Virus record (IMG/VR): IMGVR_UViG_3300011517_000006
Location: 24,476 to 88,475 of that record
From: a virus
Lineage: Duplodnaviria > Caudoviricetes
Strand: one strand, 5' to 3'
Length of the DNA: 64,000 nt
Positions 1-9,258 of the stretch are shown piece after piece. Both the position numbers and the translations under genes were made by a program. How positions within the stretch are numbered: position 1 is the stretch's first letter; each line of letters begins with the position of its first letter. The notes below the pieces were generated by a model. The model saw nothing but the letters and a program-made list of their open reading frames with translations, had not been told where the DNA came from and did no database searches.

Positions 1-1080
1 CGTGGCCATCACGGCCTCCTTTTCGGTATGGGCCGAAGCGCGCGAGCCCGACGCGCCGGCTTGGCTTCCTGAAACAGGCTCGGAAGAAACGTGGTCGACC
101 AGGGCGGCGAAGGCCTGCTCCTCGTCCATGATCTCGTCGGCGAGGCCCAGCGCGACGCCCGATCGGGCCTCATCCTGGTGCTCGGCCATGAAGACGTCGG
201 CTCTCAGCTCCAAAAGCTGTTCGCGGGTCAGGCTCGATCGCCCCGCCTCGACATCGGCCAGAAACAGCTCGCCCACCTGGTTGACATCGGCCTGCCAGGC
301 CGCCCGTGCGCTCTCGCTCAGAGCCTTCCACCAGGCGCCGTCCGTCTTCACCCCGCCTTCGGGAAACTCGATGGTGGTGATCTCGACGCCGTCCTGCTCC
401 AGCGAGCCCGCGTGGCTTTCATGGACCATGACGGCGCCGATCGAACCGACGTAACCGACGCTCGGCGCGATGATCCTGTCGGTCTGCGCCGCAATCCAGT
501 AGCCGGCCGAACAGGCCATGTCGGCATAGGTCCAGATCGGCTTTCCGCCGGCGGCCTCCCGGGCTTCACGCATGAAGCGGGCCAGCGTGGGCAGGCCGCC
601 GGCGACGACGCCGCCGGGCGTATCAAGGCGCAGGAAAACGCCGCGAACGCGGGCGTCGGCGAGCGCCTCGCGCATGGCCATCAGCAAGGTATCGTACCCG
701 TGCCAGACGACGCCGCAGAACTCGTCGCCGCGTTCAACCAGAGGGCTGTCGCATTCGATGAGCGCGACGCCGTCTTTCAGCGACCAGCAGAATCCCGTGT
801 CCTCGACCTCGCCCAGCCAGCGCGGTTGATAGGCGAGCCGCTCCTCAATCGGGACGAAGGGTGCGCCTTCGCCGTCGTCCCAAGCGAACGCCGTGCGCGC
901 GCTGTCGCCGGGCGCGTGGCCCAGGCCCACGCGGCGCAGGAAAGCGTCCAGCCGCGATGGACGGCTGAAGGCGCGCGGATCGACCGAACGGATACGCACC
1001 GCCAGATCTCGCGCCGCAGCCGGGGTAAGCAGAAGGGGGCGGCCGGCATAGCGGGCCGCCATGGAGGCGTAGTCAGGCAT
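1..1080 (-). CDS. S49 family head maturation protease (lambda gpC-like), runs off window
   Basis: Translated by hand from ATG at 1080: MPDYASMAARYAGRPLLL...FLRLDTPGG...DMACSAGYWIAAQTDRIIAPSVGYVGSIG; RBS AGGAAAA; directly follows portal. Confidence 0.85.
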   Translation of the reverse strand, partial: MPDYASMAARYAGRPLLLTPAAARDLAVRIRSVDPRAFSRPSRLDAFLRRVGLGHAPGDSARTAFAWDDGEGAPFVPIEERLAYQPRWLGEVEDTGFCWSLKDGVALIECDSPLVERGDEFCGVVWHGYDTLLMAMREALADARVRGVFLRLDTPGGVVAGGLPTLARFMREAREAAGGKPIWTYADMACSAGYWIAAQTDRIIAPSVGYVGSIGAVMVHESHAGSLEQDGVEITTIEFPEGGVKTDGAWWKALSESARAAWQADVNQVGELFLADVEAGRSSLTREQLLELRADVFMAEHQDEARSGVALGLADEIMDEEQAFAALVDHVSSEPVSGSQAGASGSRASAHTEKEAVMAT

Positions 1081-1090
1081 GGTGTTTTCC

Positions 1091-2737
1091 TCAGGCGGCG
1101 GTGCGCTGATCCAGGAAGGCCTGGTGCGCGGGATCTCGGCTGGTTGCGGCGGCGCGCTCCAGCGCCCCGCCCGGCATGGTCAGGCCCAACTCCTGGTACT
1201 TGGCCTGCTCTCGCGCCGTTTGCTCCAGCACCTCTTCCCAATCCTTGCCCTGATCGTCGCACTCGTCTTCCAGAGTGCTGACGTTGGCCTCGATGCGGGC
1301 GGAGGCCGCGTCGATTTCCTTGGTCGGATCGATGAAGCCCCGGCCGGGGCCGATGCAGTGGATCTGACAATAGGCGTCGACCGCGTCGTAGAAGTCCGGC
1401 GCGCCCTCGGGGATCTGGACGTAGCCCCTGTCAAAAGCCTCTTCGGCCCAGGCGACCACGAACGGCCTGACCAGCTGGTCTTCCATCAACCCCATCAAGG
1501 CGACGGTTTCGGCCCAGGCGTGGACGAGGGCTGCGCGAGCAGACGAATAGTTCGTCTGCGAATAGTCCATCGACAGCTCTTCGTAGGTCACGCCCACCGA
1601 TGCGGCGATCAGGCGCAGGATCGAACGCACGAAGGCGTCGAAGCTGGCGACATCCTTCGACGCCGTCTGCAGTTGCAGTTCATCGCCGTACGGCAGGACC
1701 GGAATCTGGGCGCCGTTGGCCAGGTTGACCGGGTGTTCCTTGTAATGGTCCTGGCGCCAGGTCTCGAACTCCCTGACGTCTTTCGCCTCGAAACTCTCGC
1801 TGACGGCGCCCGGCCCGCCGTTCGACTTCATGAAGGCGACGATGAGGGCATTGACCGTCGCGCTCTGCAGCGTGGCGTCCGTGAACCGGGACAGCGCGCG
1901 GAAGCTCTTCAGCGCGGCCGCGAAGCGGCTGACCCCGCGCGTCTGGCCGGCCCGTTCAGGCTCGAAGCAATGAAACACCTGCGGCCGGCCCCACTCGGTC
2001 CAGCGCTCGAACCTCTGCCAGCGGAACTGGCCAGGCCCGCCGAAGTCGGACGGATGCCGCTCGCGGATATGATAGGCGTCGGCCGCGCCCCAGGCGTCGA
2101 ACTCGACGCCGCCGCGCAGTTCGTCCCGATCCGGTCGGCCGTTCGGATTGCTCAGACGGTCAGGATCGACCAGACGAAGCCGCGTCTTGTACCGGGTCGC
2201 CTCGTCTTCCGCCCATTCGCCCAGCCCGAGCGCCTCGCCGTCGACCACGATGTGCGACGCCGCCAGGCGTAGTTGCTGGCCCCAGGTCAGCTTGCGCTCG
2301 GCGTCGGACGTAAAGGCGTGGCCATAGCCGTAAAGCTGGAACTCTGTGCTCAGATCGGCCCCGAGCTGCCGCGCCGCTTCCCTGTCGATGCCGAGAGCGC
2401 GGGCGTTCGGCCTGAACTTGACCCGCCAGCCCTTGCCGACGGCCGCATTGACGCGGCGAGACCGCGCCGACGCGGCGACTGGATCGTTGCGCACCCGCTC
2501 TCGCACGCGCGCGGTGACGCGATCGCGGTTGGGCAGCCATTGCTTGTCGGCAGAGCCGAGTTGGGCCGGCCATTCGGCAAAGTAGGTGCCATGGCCGCTC
2601 GCCCCCTCATAGGAAGGGGACCCGCCCATGGCCGCCGTATCCGTCATCGCCACGGTGCGCGCGCGGGCGACCTCCAGGCGAGAGATCGACCGGCCCGAGG
2701 CGGACACCAAACCTGAGGGAGCGAACGGCGTGCGCAT
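1091..2737 (-). CDS. Phage portal protein, lambda family
   Basis: 548 aa; GQTRGVSRFA, LSMDYSQTNYSSARAAL, GPGRGFIDPTKE motifs. Confidence 0.92.
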   Translation of the reverse strand: MRTPFAPSGLVSASGRSISRLEVARARTVAMTDTAAMGGSPSYEGASGHGTYFAEWPAQLGSADKQWLPNRDRVTARVRERVRNDPVAASARSRRVNAAVGKGWRVKFRPNARALGIDREAARQLGADLSTEFQLYGYGHAFTSDAERKLTWGQQLRLAASHIVVDGEALGLGEWAEDEATRYKTRLRLVDPDRLSNPNGRPDRDELRGGVEFDAWGAADAYHIRERHPSDFGGPGQFRWQRFERWTEWGRPQVFHCFEPERAGQTRGVSRFAAALKSFRALSRFTDATLQSATVNALIVAFMKSNGGPGAVSESFEAKDVREFETWRQDHYKEHPVNLANGAQIPVLPYGDELQLQTASKDVASFDAFVRSILRLIAASVGVTYEELSMDYSQTNYSSARAALVHAWAETVALMGLMEDQLVRPFVVAWAEEAFDRGYVQIPEGAPDFYDAVDAYCQIHCIGPGRGFIDPTKEIDAASARIEANVSTLEDECDDQGKDWEEVLEQTAREQAKYQELGLTMPGGALERAAATSRDPAHQAFLDQRTAA

Positions 2738-2745
2738 GGCGCGGC

Positions 2746-3330
2746 TCAGTCCTTGGCCTGCGCAGTCGCGCGGGCTTCCAGGGCTTCGAGGCGAGACTTG
2801 AGCGACGCCAGCTCTGCGGCGCTGCCATTGCCCGCCTCATCGAAGGCGGCGAAGCGCGCCTTCAGGGCCTCGTCAAGGCCTTCGAAGCGCTCATCAACTG
2901 CGGCAAGCGCCGTCTTGAGGGCCTCGTCAAGGCCTTCGAAGCGCTCATCAACTGCGGCAAGCGCCGTCTTGAGGGCCTCATCACGGGTTGCGCCAGCCTT
3001 CTCCTGACCGAAGAAGCGCTCATCGATCAACGCAGCGAACTTATCGAACCGCTCGCCGATCCAGGCGTCATCGTAAGCGGCCGATCCGGGAACAGCGACG
3101 GGCACGAACGGCGTATTCACCGCCTCGTTGAACTGCTGGCGGGCGTTCAGGACGCCTTCGACCAGAGTGTCGGGCACGGGGCGGCTGGGAAAGCTCACCA
3201 GAGCGCGCATCGCGTCCAGCAGCACGATCAATGCGGTCACGGCGGGCACGCCCGACAGGGAAATGCTCGCGTCGATGGGTTCCTGCGCCGGCGCGGGGGC
3301 GGGGGCGGGCGACTTGGGGGTGCGGCTCAT
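2746..3330 (-). CDS. Hypothetical coiled-coil protein with an 18-aa tandem repeat
   Basis: 194 aa ORF with RBS GAGGAGG, between gpW and portal. Confidence 0.7.
   Translation of the reverse strand: MSRTPKSPAPAPAPAQEPIDASISLSGVPAVTALIVLLDAMRALVSFPSRPVPDTLVEGVLNARQQFNEAVNTPFVPVAVPGSAAYDDAWIGERFDKFAALIDERFFGQEKAGATRDEALKTALAAVDERFEGLDEALKTALAAVDERFEGLDEALKARFAAFDEAGNGSAAELASLKSRLEALEARATAQAKD
2864..2979. repeat. 54-bp exact tandem repeat, about 2.1 copies
   Basis: AGGGCCTCGTCAAGGCCTTCGAAGCGCTCATCAACTGCGGCAAGCGCCGTCTTG at 2864 and 2918, partial copy at 2972. Confidence 0.9.
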
Positions 3331-3459
3331 GGTGGCCTCCTCGATGTGATGAAATCCGGGTGCGAAGGCGGCGCCGCCCCGACGTCGGCGATCGGGGATC
3401 GCGGGCAGCCGAGAGCCTCCCCGAACCCGGGGCGGGAGGCCGGTTGACGGCGTAGATCG

Positions 3460-3690
3460 TTAGAGGCGGATGCTCAGCGCGCCGCGGCGGCGCAGCGGGG
3501 CGCCGTCTAGTCGCAGGGCCTTGGCCTCAAGATTGGCGATCTCGGTTTCCAGCCGCCCGATATCGCCCTTGGCGTACTTCACGGTCCGTCCGTTGCTGGT
3601 GATCTCGGCCACCTGACCGCCGGCGATGATCTTGGCGTACGCCGCGCGGAAGGCGGCTAGCTGGGCGGTCTCTGCGGGCGTCAGCGCCAT
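3460..3690 (-). CDS. Head-tail joining protein gpW-like
   Basis: MALTPAETAQLAAFRAAY...GRTVKYAKGDIGRLETEI; TAATG overlap with terL; lambda W position. Confidence 0.8.
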   Translation of the reverse strand: MALTPAETAQLAAFRAAYAKIIAGGQVAEITSNGRTVKYAKGDIGRLETEIANLEAKALRLDGAPLRRRGALSIRL

Positions 3691-5801
3691 TAGAAGCTCC
3701 ATTTCTTCTTGGCCGCTGCGACCTCGGCCGAGCTGGCGGCGGGCGCAGACAGCGTTTCCGACTGACCGGCTGGCGGACGCTCCCACAGCGCCTCCAGGCC
3801 GGCCTTCTCGGCCTGTCTGCGACGCGCCAGCTCAAGCCAGTCCGGCTCGGCGCCCGAAACCCCGATGCCCAGAGAAGCGGCCAGCGCGCGGTTGTAGACC
3901 CACAGGTCCAGCTCCTCGTTGCGACGGCGGACGCGAACCCAGGCCTCATCCTTCACGACCCCCGTCTTGCTGTCCTGGACCGAGACCAGAGCCTCGCCGG
4001 TCAGTTCCTCGAAGAAGTCCCGCTCGACCCACCCCGGCCAATGGGGGCGACGCGGCGCCCGAGCGCCCTTCTCCCCTTCCAGGCTCAGCGGAATCGCCTC
4101 GTTCATCAGCGTCCGCTTCAGATCCCAGGTCCCGACGCGCCAGGTCCGGCACGAAACCACTCGCCCTTCCGGCCCTTCCAACTTCTGTTTCGCGCCTCGG
4201 CGAAGCGGCATCCGTCCCCAGCCGTCAGCGCCGTCCAAGGCCTTCGATTTCCCGTGCGCCGAGCAGTAGGCATAGACGTGGAAGGTCCCGTAGCCGGAAT
4301 CGACGCCCTGCACCTCAGTGGCGACATAGCCGCCGTCCTCATGCGGCCACCTCTTGCGCTCCAGCTGCGCCAGCTCGGCCCATATCTGCGGCTCCGACGG
4401 CCCGCCCTCGATCCGCCCCTTATCGACGGGGACGTGCTCAGCATCGGGGCCCCAGGCGTAGGCCGTCCACTGGGCCCAGTCCCCGTTCAGGTCGACGGCG
4501 ATGGTGACGATCTCGTAGCCCGACGGCACCACGCCCTTGGTGAACCGGCCGTCCCGACGTTCCAACAGCTTGTCGACATCGGCCTGCTGGACCGTGACTT
4601 CGTAAGCCTCGCCGAAGATCTGCTGATGCAGGGCGATCTTCGCCTCTTCATCCGTCGCATCCCGGATCTGTTCGGCGATATAGGCCCAGTCCACGGCGTC
4701 GGACACGACCTGCCAGGCGTGGTAGCTGGGCTGTCGGCCCTCTGTCGGCCGTTCCCGCCAGGCCTCGTACTCGCTGACCGCGATGAAGGCGCCGGGCGCC
4801 GGATTATGAGGGTCCGCCGACGGGAAGGTCGGTATCCAGCCGCCGCGCACGCCGTGCGCAGGTTCGCGATACGGGTGACACGCCTCGACCATGGCACGCT
4901 TGTGCCGATGCTCTATCACGCCGCCGCATGACGGGCAGTTGAAGTGGGGCGTTTCGCCCTTCTCCACGCCCATCATCAGCTCGCGATCCAGTCGGATCAG
5001 CACCCCGCCGGGCAGCGACGAGCAATGGGGACAGGGCAGGTACAGCCGGCGCTGGTCGCCGATGCGATAATCGGCCGTCACCGGGCAGCCGGTCAGTTCG
5101 CCTTCATTCTCCTCCGAACGACGAACAAGCCCGGGCGTCGAGTTGTGGAAGGTCTTAGCGCCGGCCAGCTCCCACTGAAGCTGGCGGACCTTGATCTGCT
5201 TGTGCGGGTCGCCCCGATCCCCGACCGACACGCTCCAGTTCGGCGTCTCTTCCTTCACCACCAGGCAGAATGTGACCATCTGCAGCGGCTTGGCGCTGGT
5301 CGTGCCGAAGAACTGTCCGTAACCGCCCGGGAAGCGTTTGTAGGTGTTGGTCGAGCCCTGCTCATCCCGCGAGGTCACCGCACGGATCTTGCGGCGCAGC
5401 TCGGGGGTGGCGTCGACAAGCGGTTGCCACTTCGTCCGGTTGTACTTGAGCGCCTCGTCGCCGCTAGGCAGGGCGACGCCCCACGGGCGAGCCACCACAG
5501 CCGAGTAGTAGAGCGTCGCTAGGACGCCGATCGTCGTCTTCGCGATCTGGGCGGAACCGACGAAGGTGACCGTCCTAGCCGGATCATCGGGGTGAAGCCG
5601 GTCCAGCGGCTCGATCAGATACTCGAACCCATCCCACGATAATGGGCCTTCCCGCGTCGTGCCCGTCTCACCGGGGATGACGACGCGACCTTCGGCCCAG
5701 GCGCTGATCATCTGATCGGGGGCAGGCGTCACGGCCGTCGCCATGGCCATGACCAGCGACGCCGCCTGCCGCGCCAGCTCGGCGCTGCTGAACAGGCTCA
5801 T
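3690..5801 (-). CDS. Terminase large subunit, GpA family
   Basis: 703 aa; GSAQIAKT Walker A, STP motif, YLPCPHC zinc motif, AVDL nuclease motif, RNEELDLWVY. Confidence 0.92.
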   Translation of the reverse strand: MSLFSSAELARQAASLVMAMATAVTPAPDQMISAWAEGRVVIPGETGTTREGPLSWDGFEYLIEPLDRLHPDDPARTVTFVGSAQIAKTTIGVLATLYYSAVVARPWGVALPSGDEALKYNRTKWQPLVDATPELRRKIRAVTSRDEQGSTNTYKRFPGGYGQFFGTTSAKPLQMVTFCLVVKEETPNWSVSVGDRGDPHKQIKVRQLQWELAGAKTFHNSTPGLVRRSEENEGELTGCPVTADYRIGDQRRLYLPCPHCSSLPGGVLIRLDRELMMGVEKGETPHFNCPSCGGVIEHRHKRAMVEACHPYREPAHGVRGGWIPTFPSADPHNPAPGAFIAVSEYEAWRERPTEGRQPSYHAWQVVSDAVDWAYIAEQIRDATDEEAKIALHQQIFGEAYEVTVQQADVDKLLERRDGRFTKGVVPSGYEIVTIAVDLNGDWAQWTAYAWGPDAEHVPVDKGRIEGGPSEPQIWAELAQLERKRWPHEDGGYVATEVQGVDSGYGTFHVYAYCSAHGKSKALDGADGWGRMPLRRGAKQKLEGPEGRVVSCRTWRVGTWDLKRTLMNEAIPLSLEGEKGARAPRRPHWPGWVERDFFEELTGEALVSVQDSKTGVVKDEAWVRVRRRNEELDLWVYNRALAASLGIGVSGAEPDWLELARRRQAEKAGLEALWERPPAGQSETLSAPAASSAEVAAAKKKWSF

Positions 5802-5802
5802 G

Positions 5803-6378
5803 TCAGGCCGCCGCCAGCTCGTCTTCCGTGAAGCCGCCCGCCAGCTTGGTCAGCTCGGTCACAAGGTTGTTCAGCAGCTTCTGGTCAGCCTGTTTCAACA
5901 CATGCTCGGCCTGGCGGACATCGCTCATGCCGGCCACCTCAGTGGCCAAGGTGCGACGCCGGCGCTCCAACGCCTGGGTGAAGGCGACGCCCATGGCCTC
6001 GACCGCCATCGTCACCGCCGCCTTCGACAGAAGCTCGCCCTTCCGCTCAGCCAGGTCGAGTTCCAGCTTTTCCTCTTCCAGCGCGCGCTTCCGCGATCCC
6101 GCCGGGCCCGCAGGCGCCGCCGACGGCGCTTCGACCACCTGACGACTGTCCTGCACCGAGAGGGATTCGCCGCGCGCCCGGATCAGGGCGTCGTAGTCGA
6201 CCTCCTTAACGCGCCCCTGCGCGTCACGTTTGACAGGCAGGTCCTCATTCCTCGCGATGAAGCGAGAGATCGATGATTTGTTGATCGGCCGACCGGCTTT
6301 GGCTTCCAGCGCCGCCGCCTCGCTGACGCTGACCCAGCGCCGTGACGATCCGCCATCGAGCAGGAAGGGCTCTGTCAT
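5803..6378 (-). CDS. Terminase small subunit (Nu1-like)
   Basis: N-terminal HTH, KLELDLAERKGELL coiled coil; immediately upstream of terL. Confidence 0.8.
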   Translation of the reverse strand: MTEPFLLDGGSSRRWVSVSEAAALEAKAGRPINKSSISRFIARNEDLPVKRDAQGRVKEVDYDALIRARGESLSVQDSRQVVEAPSAAPAGPAGSRKRALEEEKLELDLAERKGELLSKAAVTMAVEAMGVAFTQALERRRRTLATEVAGMSDVRQAEHVLKQADQKLLNNLVTELTKLAGGFTEDELAAA

Positions 6379-6448
6379 GCCGTTGCGCTCCCTGTTGCGT
6401 CAGCAACGCCCGTTGCACCCCTCGAAACATCGCTCACTAGGGAACGAA

Positions 6449-6494
6449 AACGCTCTGCCCCACCGTATAGGGCCAGAAATGGGGGGAAGGACCC
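6449..6494 (-). other. Candidate lambda-type cos site (cosQ-like GGGTCCT followed by cosN-like sequence)
   Basis: Minus strand GGGTCCT-N20-TACG-GTGGGGCAGAG-CG just upstream of terS, resembling the lambda cosQ/cosN layout. Confidence 0.45.
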
Positions 6495-6535
6495 AAAACA
6501 CCCCTGCACGCCGCACAAGTCATTGAAAGACAATG

Positions 6536-6567
6536 AAAAACCCGCCCGAGCGGAGCCTTGGGCGGGT
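6536..6567 (-). terminator. Intrinsic terminator between nusG paralog and terS
   Basis: Minus strand ACCCGCCCA-loop-TCGGGCGGG-TTTTTCATT. Confidence 0.75.
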
Positions 6568-6609
6568 GGGGCGGAACGGGCTGAGGCTGAATGGCTACCG
6601 CACTGCGCG

Positions 6610-7182
6610 TCAGTTCTCTGACGGCAGTGAAATGATCTGGCGCGAATCACGCCCTAGCAAGGTGAATACGACTGCGGCTCTGTCGCCGTCAACCATCTCA
6701 TCAAAGACCAGATCATAGTCCGCCGTAGGACCGGTGAGGCGGATTTTGTCTCCCCGCTTATACCGACAGGCCCTTGCAGCGGCCTTTTCGTTGTCATTCC
6801 GAGCCCTCTGCAACACCACCAGACCGTTGACCTCGCGGGCCTTGGTTTCAGTGATGAAGCGGCTGGGGATCGGGCAGGGCCGGGCGGTCTCGCCGGTCCC
6901 GCGCATGATGACCTCCGTCACACCCATGGTCGAGAACACAGCACGCCAGCGGTCCTGGTCGAGATCCATCTCGATGAACAGGTAGCGCGGGATCATCGGT
7001 CGAGGCGACGGTGCCTGACCATTCCGAACCCGGGCCCGGGCAGGAGGCGGCACCAGCGGCAGGTAGACGTTGAAGCCCTGCTGCTCCAGTTGATACCGGG
7101 CATGCCGTTCCTGATGGGCGTGGGTGACCACGACGTACCAGGCCTTGCCGGATTGAGCGGATTGAGCGTTCGACGCGGTCAC
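6610..7182 (-). CDS. NusG/RfaH-family transcription antitermination factor
   Basis: WYVVVTHAHQE...QQGFNVYLP...PMIPRYLFIEMD NGN domain and YKRGDKIRLTG KOW-like end; probable GTG start at 7182. Confidence 0.85.
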   Translation of the reverse strand: MTASNAQSAQSGKAWYVVVTHAHQERHARYQLEQQGFNVYLPLVPPPARARVRNGQAPSPRPMIPRYLFIEMDLDQDRWRAVFSTMGVTEVIMRGTGETARPCPIPSRFITETKAREVNGLVVLQRARNDNEKAAARACRYKRGDKIRLTGPTADYDLVFDEMVDGDRAAVVFTLLGRDSRQIISLPSEN

Positions 7183-7210
7183 TTCTGCAGCCCCTTCGAT
7201 GCGGTTTCGG

Positions 7211-7457
7211 GCGTCCCACGGCGTACCGGCTGAACGTCCCACTTATCTTTTTGAGAACACTCGATAAAAATAGAGACGGGACGCGCGGGACGGATGGGAC
7301 GCACCTGTGGCGTCGTGCGCTCCCGCCTGTGCGCCCCCGCAGGAGGCCGGTACCGCGTCCCACGCGTCCCGGTGTCCCACACCCGCCTCAAAGGCCGATC
7401 ATTCATGGCTTTCACCGTGGGACGCATTGCGGGACGCACGGTCGCCGGACCCGTCCC
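7211..7457. repeat. Iteron cluster (GGGAC core, 11 copies in both orientations) with AT-rich spacer; candidate replication origin
   Basis: Copies at 7211, 7234, 7278, 7287, 7296, 7355, 7364, 7372, 7419, 7431, 7451; AT-rich tract 7241-7272. Confidence 0.7.
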
Positions 7458-9258
7458 AAACAGGCGGCTCGAACGCGGAAACCTCTGCAGGATCGGCCCC
7501 CAATCCGACCGGCCTCTCCAGCCAGGGGGTCAGGGGGACAGCCATGGCCCGGCTCTGGTGCATGCCGAAGCGCACCGGAGTAGGCAGCGCTCGCGGCGCA
7601 TAGGCGTCGCCGAGGTCTGCCAGGTGCTCCAGCACCCCGCGCCAGTTGGCGTAGTGGGTTCCCGCCAGCGCCCGCGCGAGAGCGGGGTGGTTCGTAGAGA
7701 TCACCAGCCATGGCCCGGGCCTGTCGTGACTGCCGTGACCGTTCTCGACCTTCAGGCCGAAGGTCTTCAACACCTTCTCATGGACGCCCGGGCTCTCCAG
7801 TTGCTCCTGGATCATCTCGCCGATGGTCAGGTGGCGATCCTTGGCGTGCTGGCCCGAGTTGATGGCCCATATCCGCGACAGACAGGCCTGCCCCGGATTC
7901 TGCGCGGCCGAGGTCTCCTCCCGGTTTCGGATCAGCGCCGACCACCTGGCCACCTCCTCCCGTGCCGTCTCGATCGTCAGCGCCTCATCGTGCAGCAGCA
8001 GCCTTCGCCCGGCGGCGAGCGCGGCGACCAGATCGGCTGCCCGGGGCGTCTGCCCGCTTTCCCCCAGCGCGGCCTTCAACAGACCTACGTCCGACCGGTA
8101 TCGCTTGGCCTCGCGCACGGCGCGCGCCAGCAAGCGGGGGGACACCTCCCTTGCCCAGTCTATGGCTTCCTTCAGCGTTTCGTCGGCGCCGCCCTTGGCC
8201 TTGCCCAGCAGCCTCAACCGCACTTCGACCACCCGCGTGGCCATGGCGTCGCCCAGCTGCACCGGCAGGATGCTGGCCAGGTAGGCGGACCCCACGGCGG
8301 TCTGACCCGCAGTCCGTCCGCCCGTGTCGCCCTGACGCCGGGTCGATCCCTCGCCGGTCGACATGCGTCGCAGCACTTCCAACGCCTTCTCGACCGGCCC
8401 CTGCCCGTCCACGCTGGGCTCCGCCTCGTCCAGGTAGAGCGCCCGCGCCTCGCCGGACAAGCCGTTGCGCAGACCCGCCTCCGAGAAGCTGTCCAATAGA
8501 TCCCCGGCGTTCGCGCTGCCTGCCGCCTGCAGCAGGCGCGACAACGTCGTCTTGCCGGCCCCTGCTCCGCCGCTCACGCTGGCGTGCGGCCTGAACGGCG
8601 GAATGGCGCCGAGCAGCGCGGTTCCCTGCCATCCGAACAGCGCGTCCGCCTCGCTGAGGCCATCGGGATCCCGAGGATCCAGCGGGGCGAAGTTCCACAT
8701 GTTCATCAGCTCGCGCAGCTGCTCGCCCTCCGCGATGGTCGCGGGCTTGCCTGGCCTGGGGGCCGGGGGGCGCAGCAGCCACAAGGGACCGCGGTTGCGG
8801 GCGCCGTTCCTCAACGCCTCCGCCACCGATTCCCAATCGTCATCGCCGAAGGGCCAACGGCCGACCGCGTCGCCGGCATGGACGACCGGACCGTCTATGG
8901 TCGACCACACCCCGTACCCACGCTGCGGCCGATCGCTGTCCCACCGGCCGGCCTTGCGGCATCGATCGACGAACCACTGGGCCGCCATGTCGCGCTGCAG
9001 CTTTCCATCGTTGTCGCGCCATTGGGCCAGGAACACCCGCCCCTCCAGGCTGACGAACAGGTCGGTCTTCAGCATGCCGGCGATCTTGGACGCCGGCTCG
9101 CGGCGCAACTCGCCCTCAGGCAGGGCGAAATGCACGTAACCGCCCTCGAACCCCAGCGGGATCACCGGACAGTCCTCGACCTTCGGCTCGATCCAGACGG
9201 CGCCGGACGCCGCCTCGCTGTCGGGATCGGCGTCATCCATCACATAGGAATCGTTCAT
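7399..9258 (-). CDS. Replicative P-loop ATPase/helicase (SF3-like)
   Basis: Walker A GGAGAGKTT, Walker B LYLDEAE; coupled to primase gene. Confidence 0.75.
   Translation of the reverse strand: MNDSYVMDDADPDSEAASGAVWIEPKVEDCPVIPLGFEGGYVHFALPEGELRREPASKIAGMLKTDLFVSLEGRVFLAQWRDNDGKLQRDMAAQWFVDRCRKAGRWDSDRPQRGYGVWSTIDGPVVHAGDAVGRWPFGDDDWESVAEALRNGARNRGPLWLLRPPAPRPGKPATIAEGEQLRELMNMWNFAPLDPRDPDGLSEADALFGWQGTALLGAIPPFRPHASVSGGAGAGKTTLSRLLQAAGSANAGDLLDSFSEAGLRNGLSGEARALYLDEAEPSVDGQGPVEKALEVLRRMSTGEGSTRRQGDTGGRTAGQTAVGSAYLASILPVQLGDAMATRVVEVRLRLLGKAKGGADETLKEAIDWAREVSPRLLARAVREAKRYRSDVGLLKAALGESGQTPRAADLVAALAAGRRLLLHDEALTIETAREEVARWSALIRNREETSAAQNPGQACLSRIWAINSGQHAKDRHLTIGEMIQEQLESPGVHEKVLKTFGLKVENGHGSHDRPGPWLVISTNHPALARALAGTHYANWRGVLEHLADLGDAYAPRALPTPVRFGMHQSRAMAVPLTPWLERPVGLGADPAEVSAFEPPVWDGSGDRASRNASHGESHE

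Noticed and set aside
91-2272. Long plus-strand ORFs 91-1281 and 1079-2272
   Set aside because: Antisense shadows of the protease and portal genes in GC-rich DNA; no motifs
7211-7457. CRISPR-like array
   Set aside because: Cores are only 5-7 bp, in both orientations and irregularly spaced; no cas genes anywhere in the window
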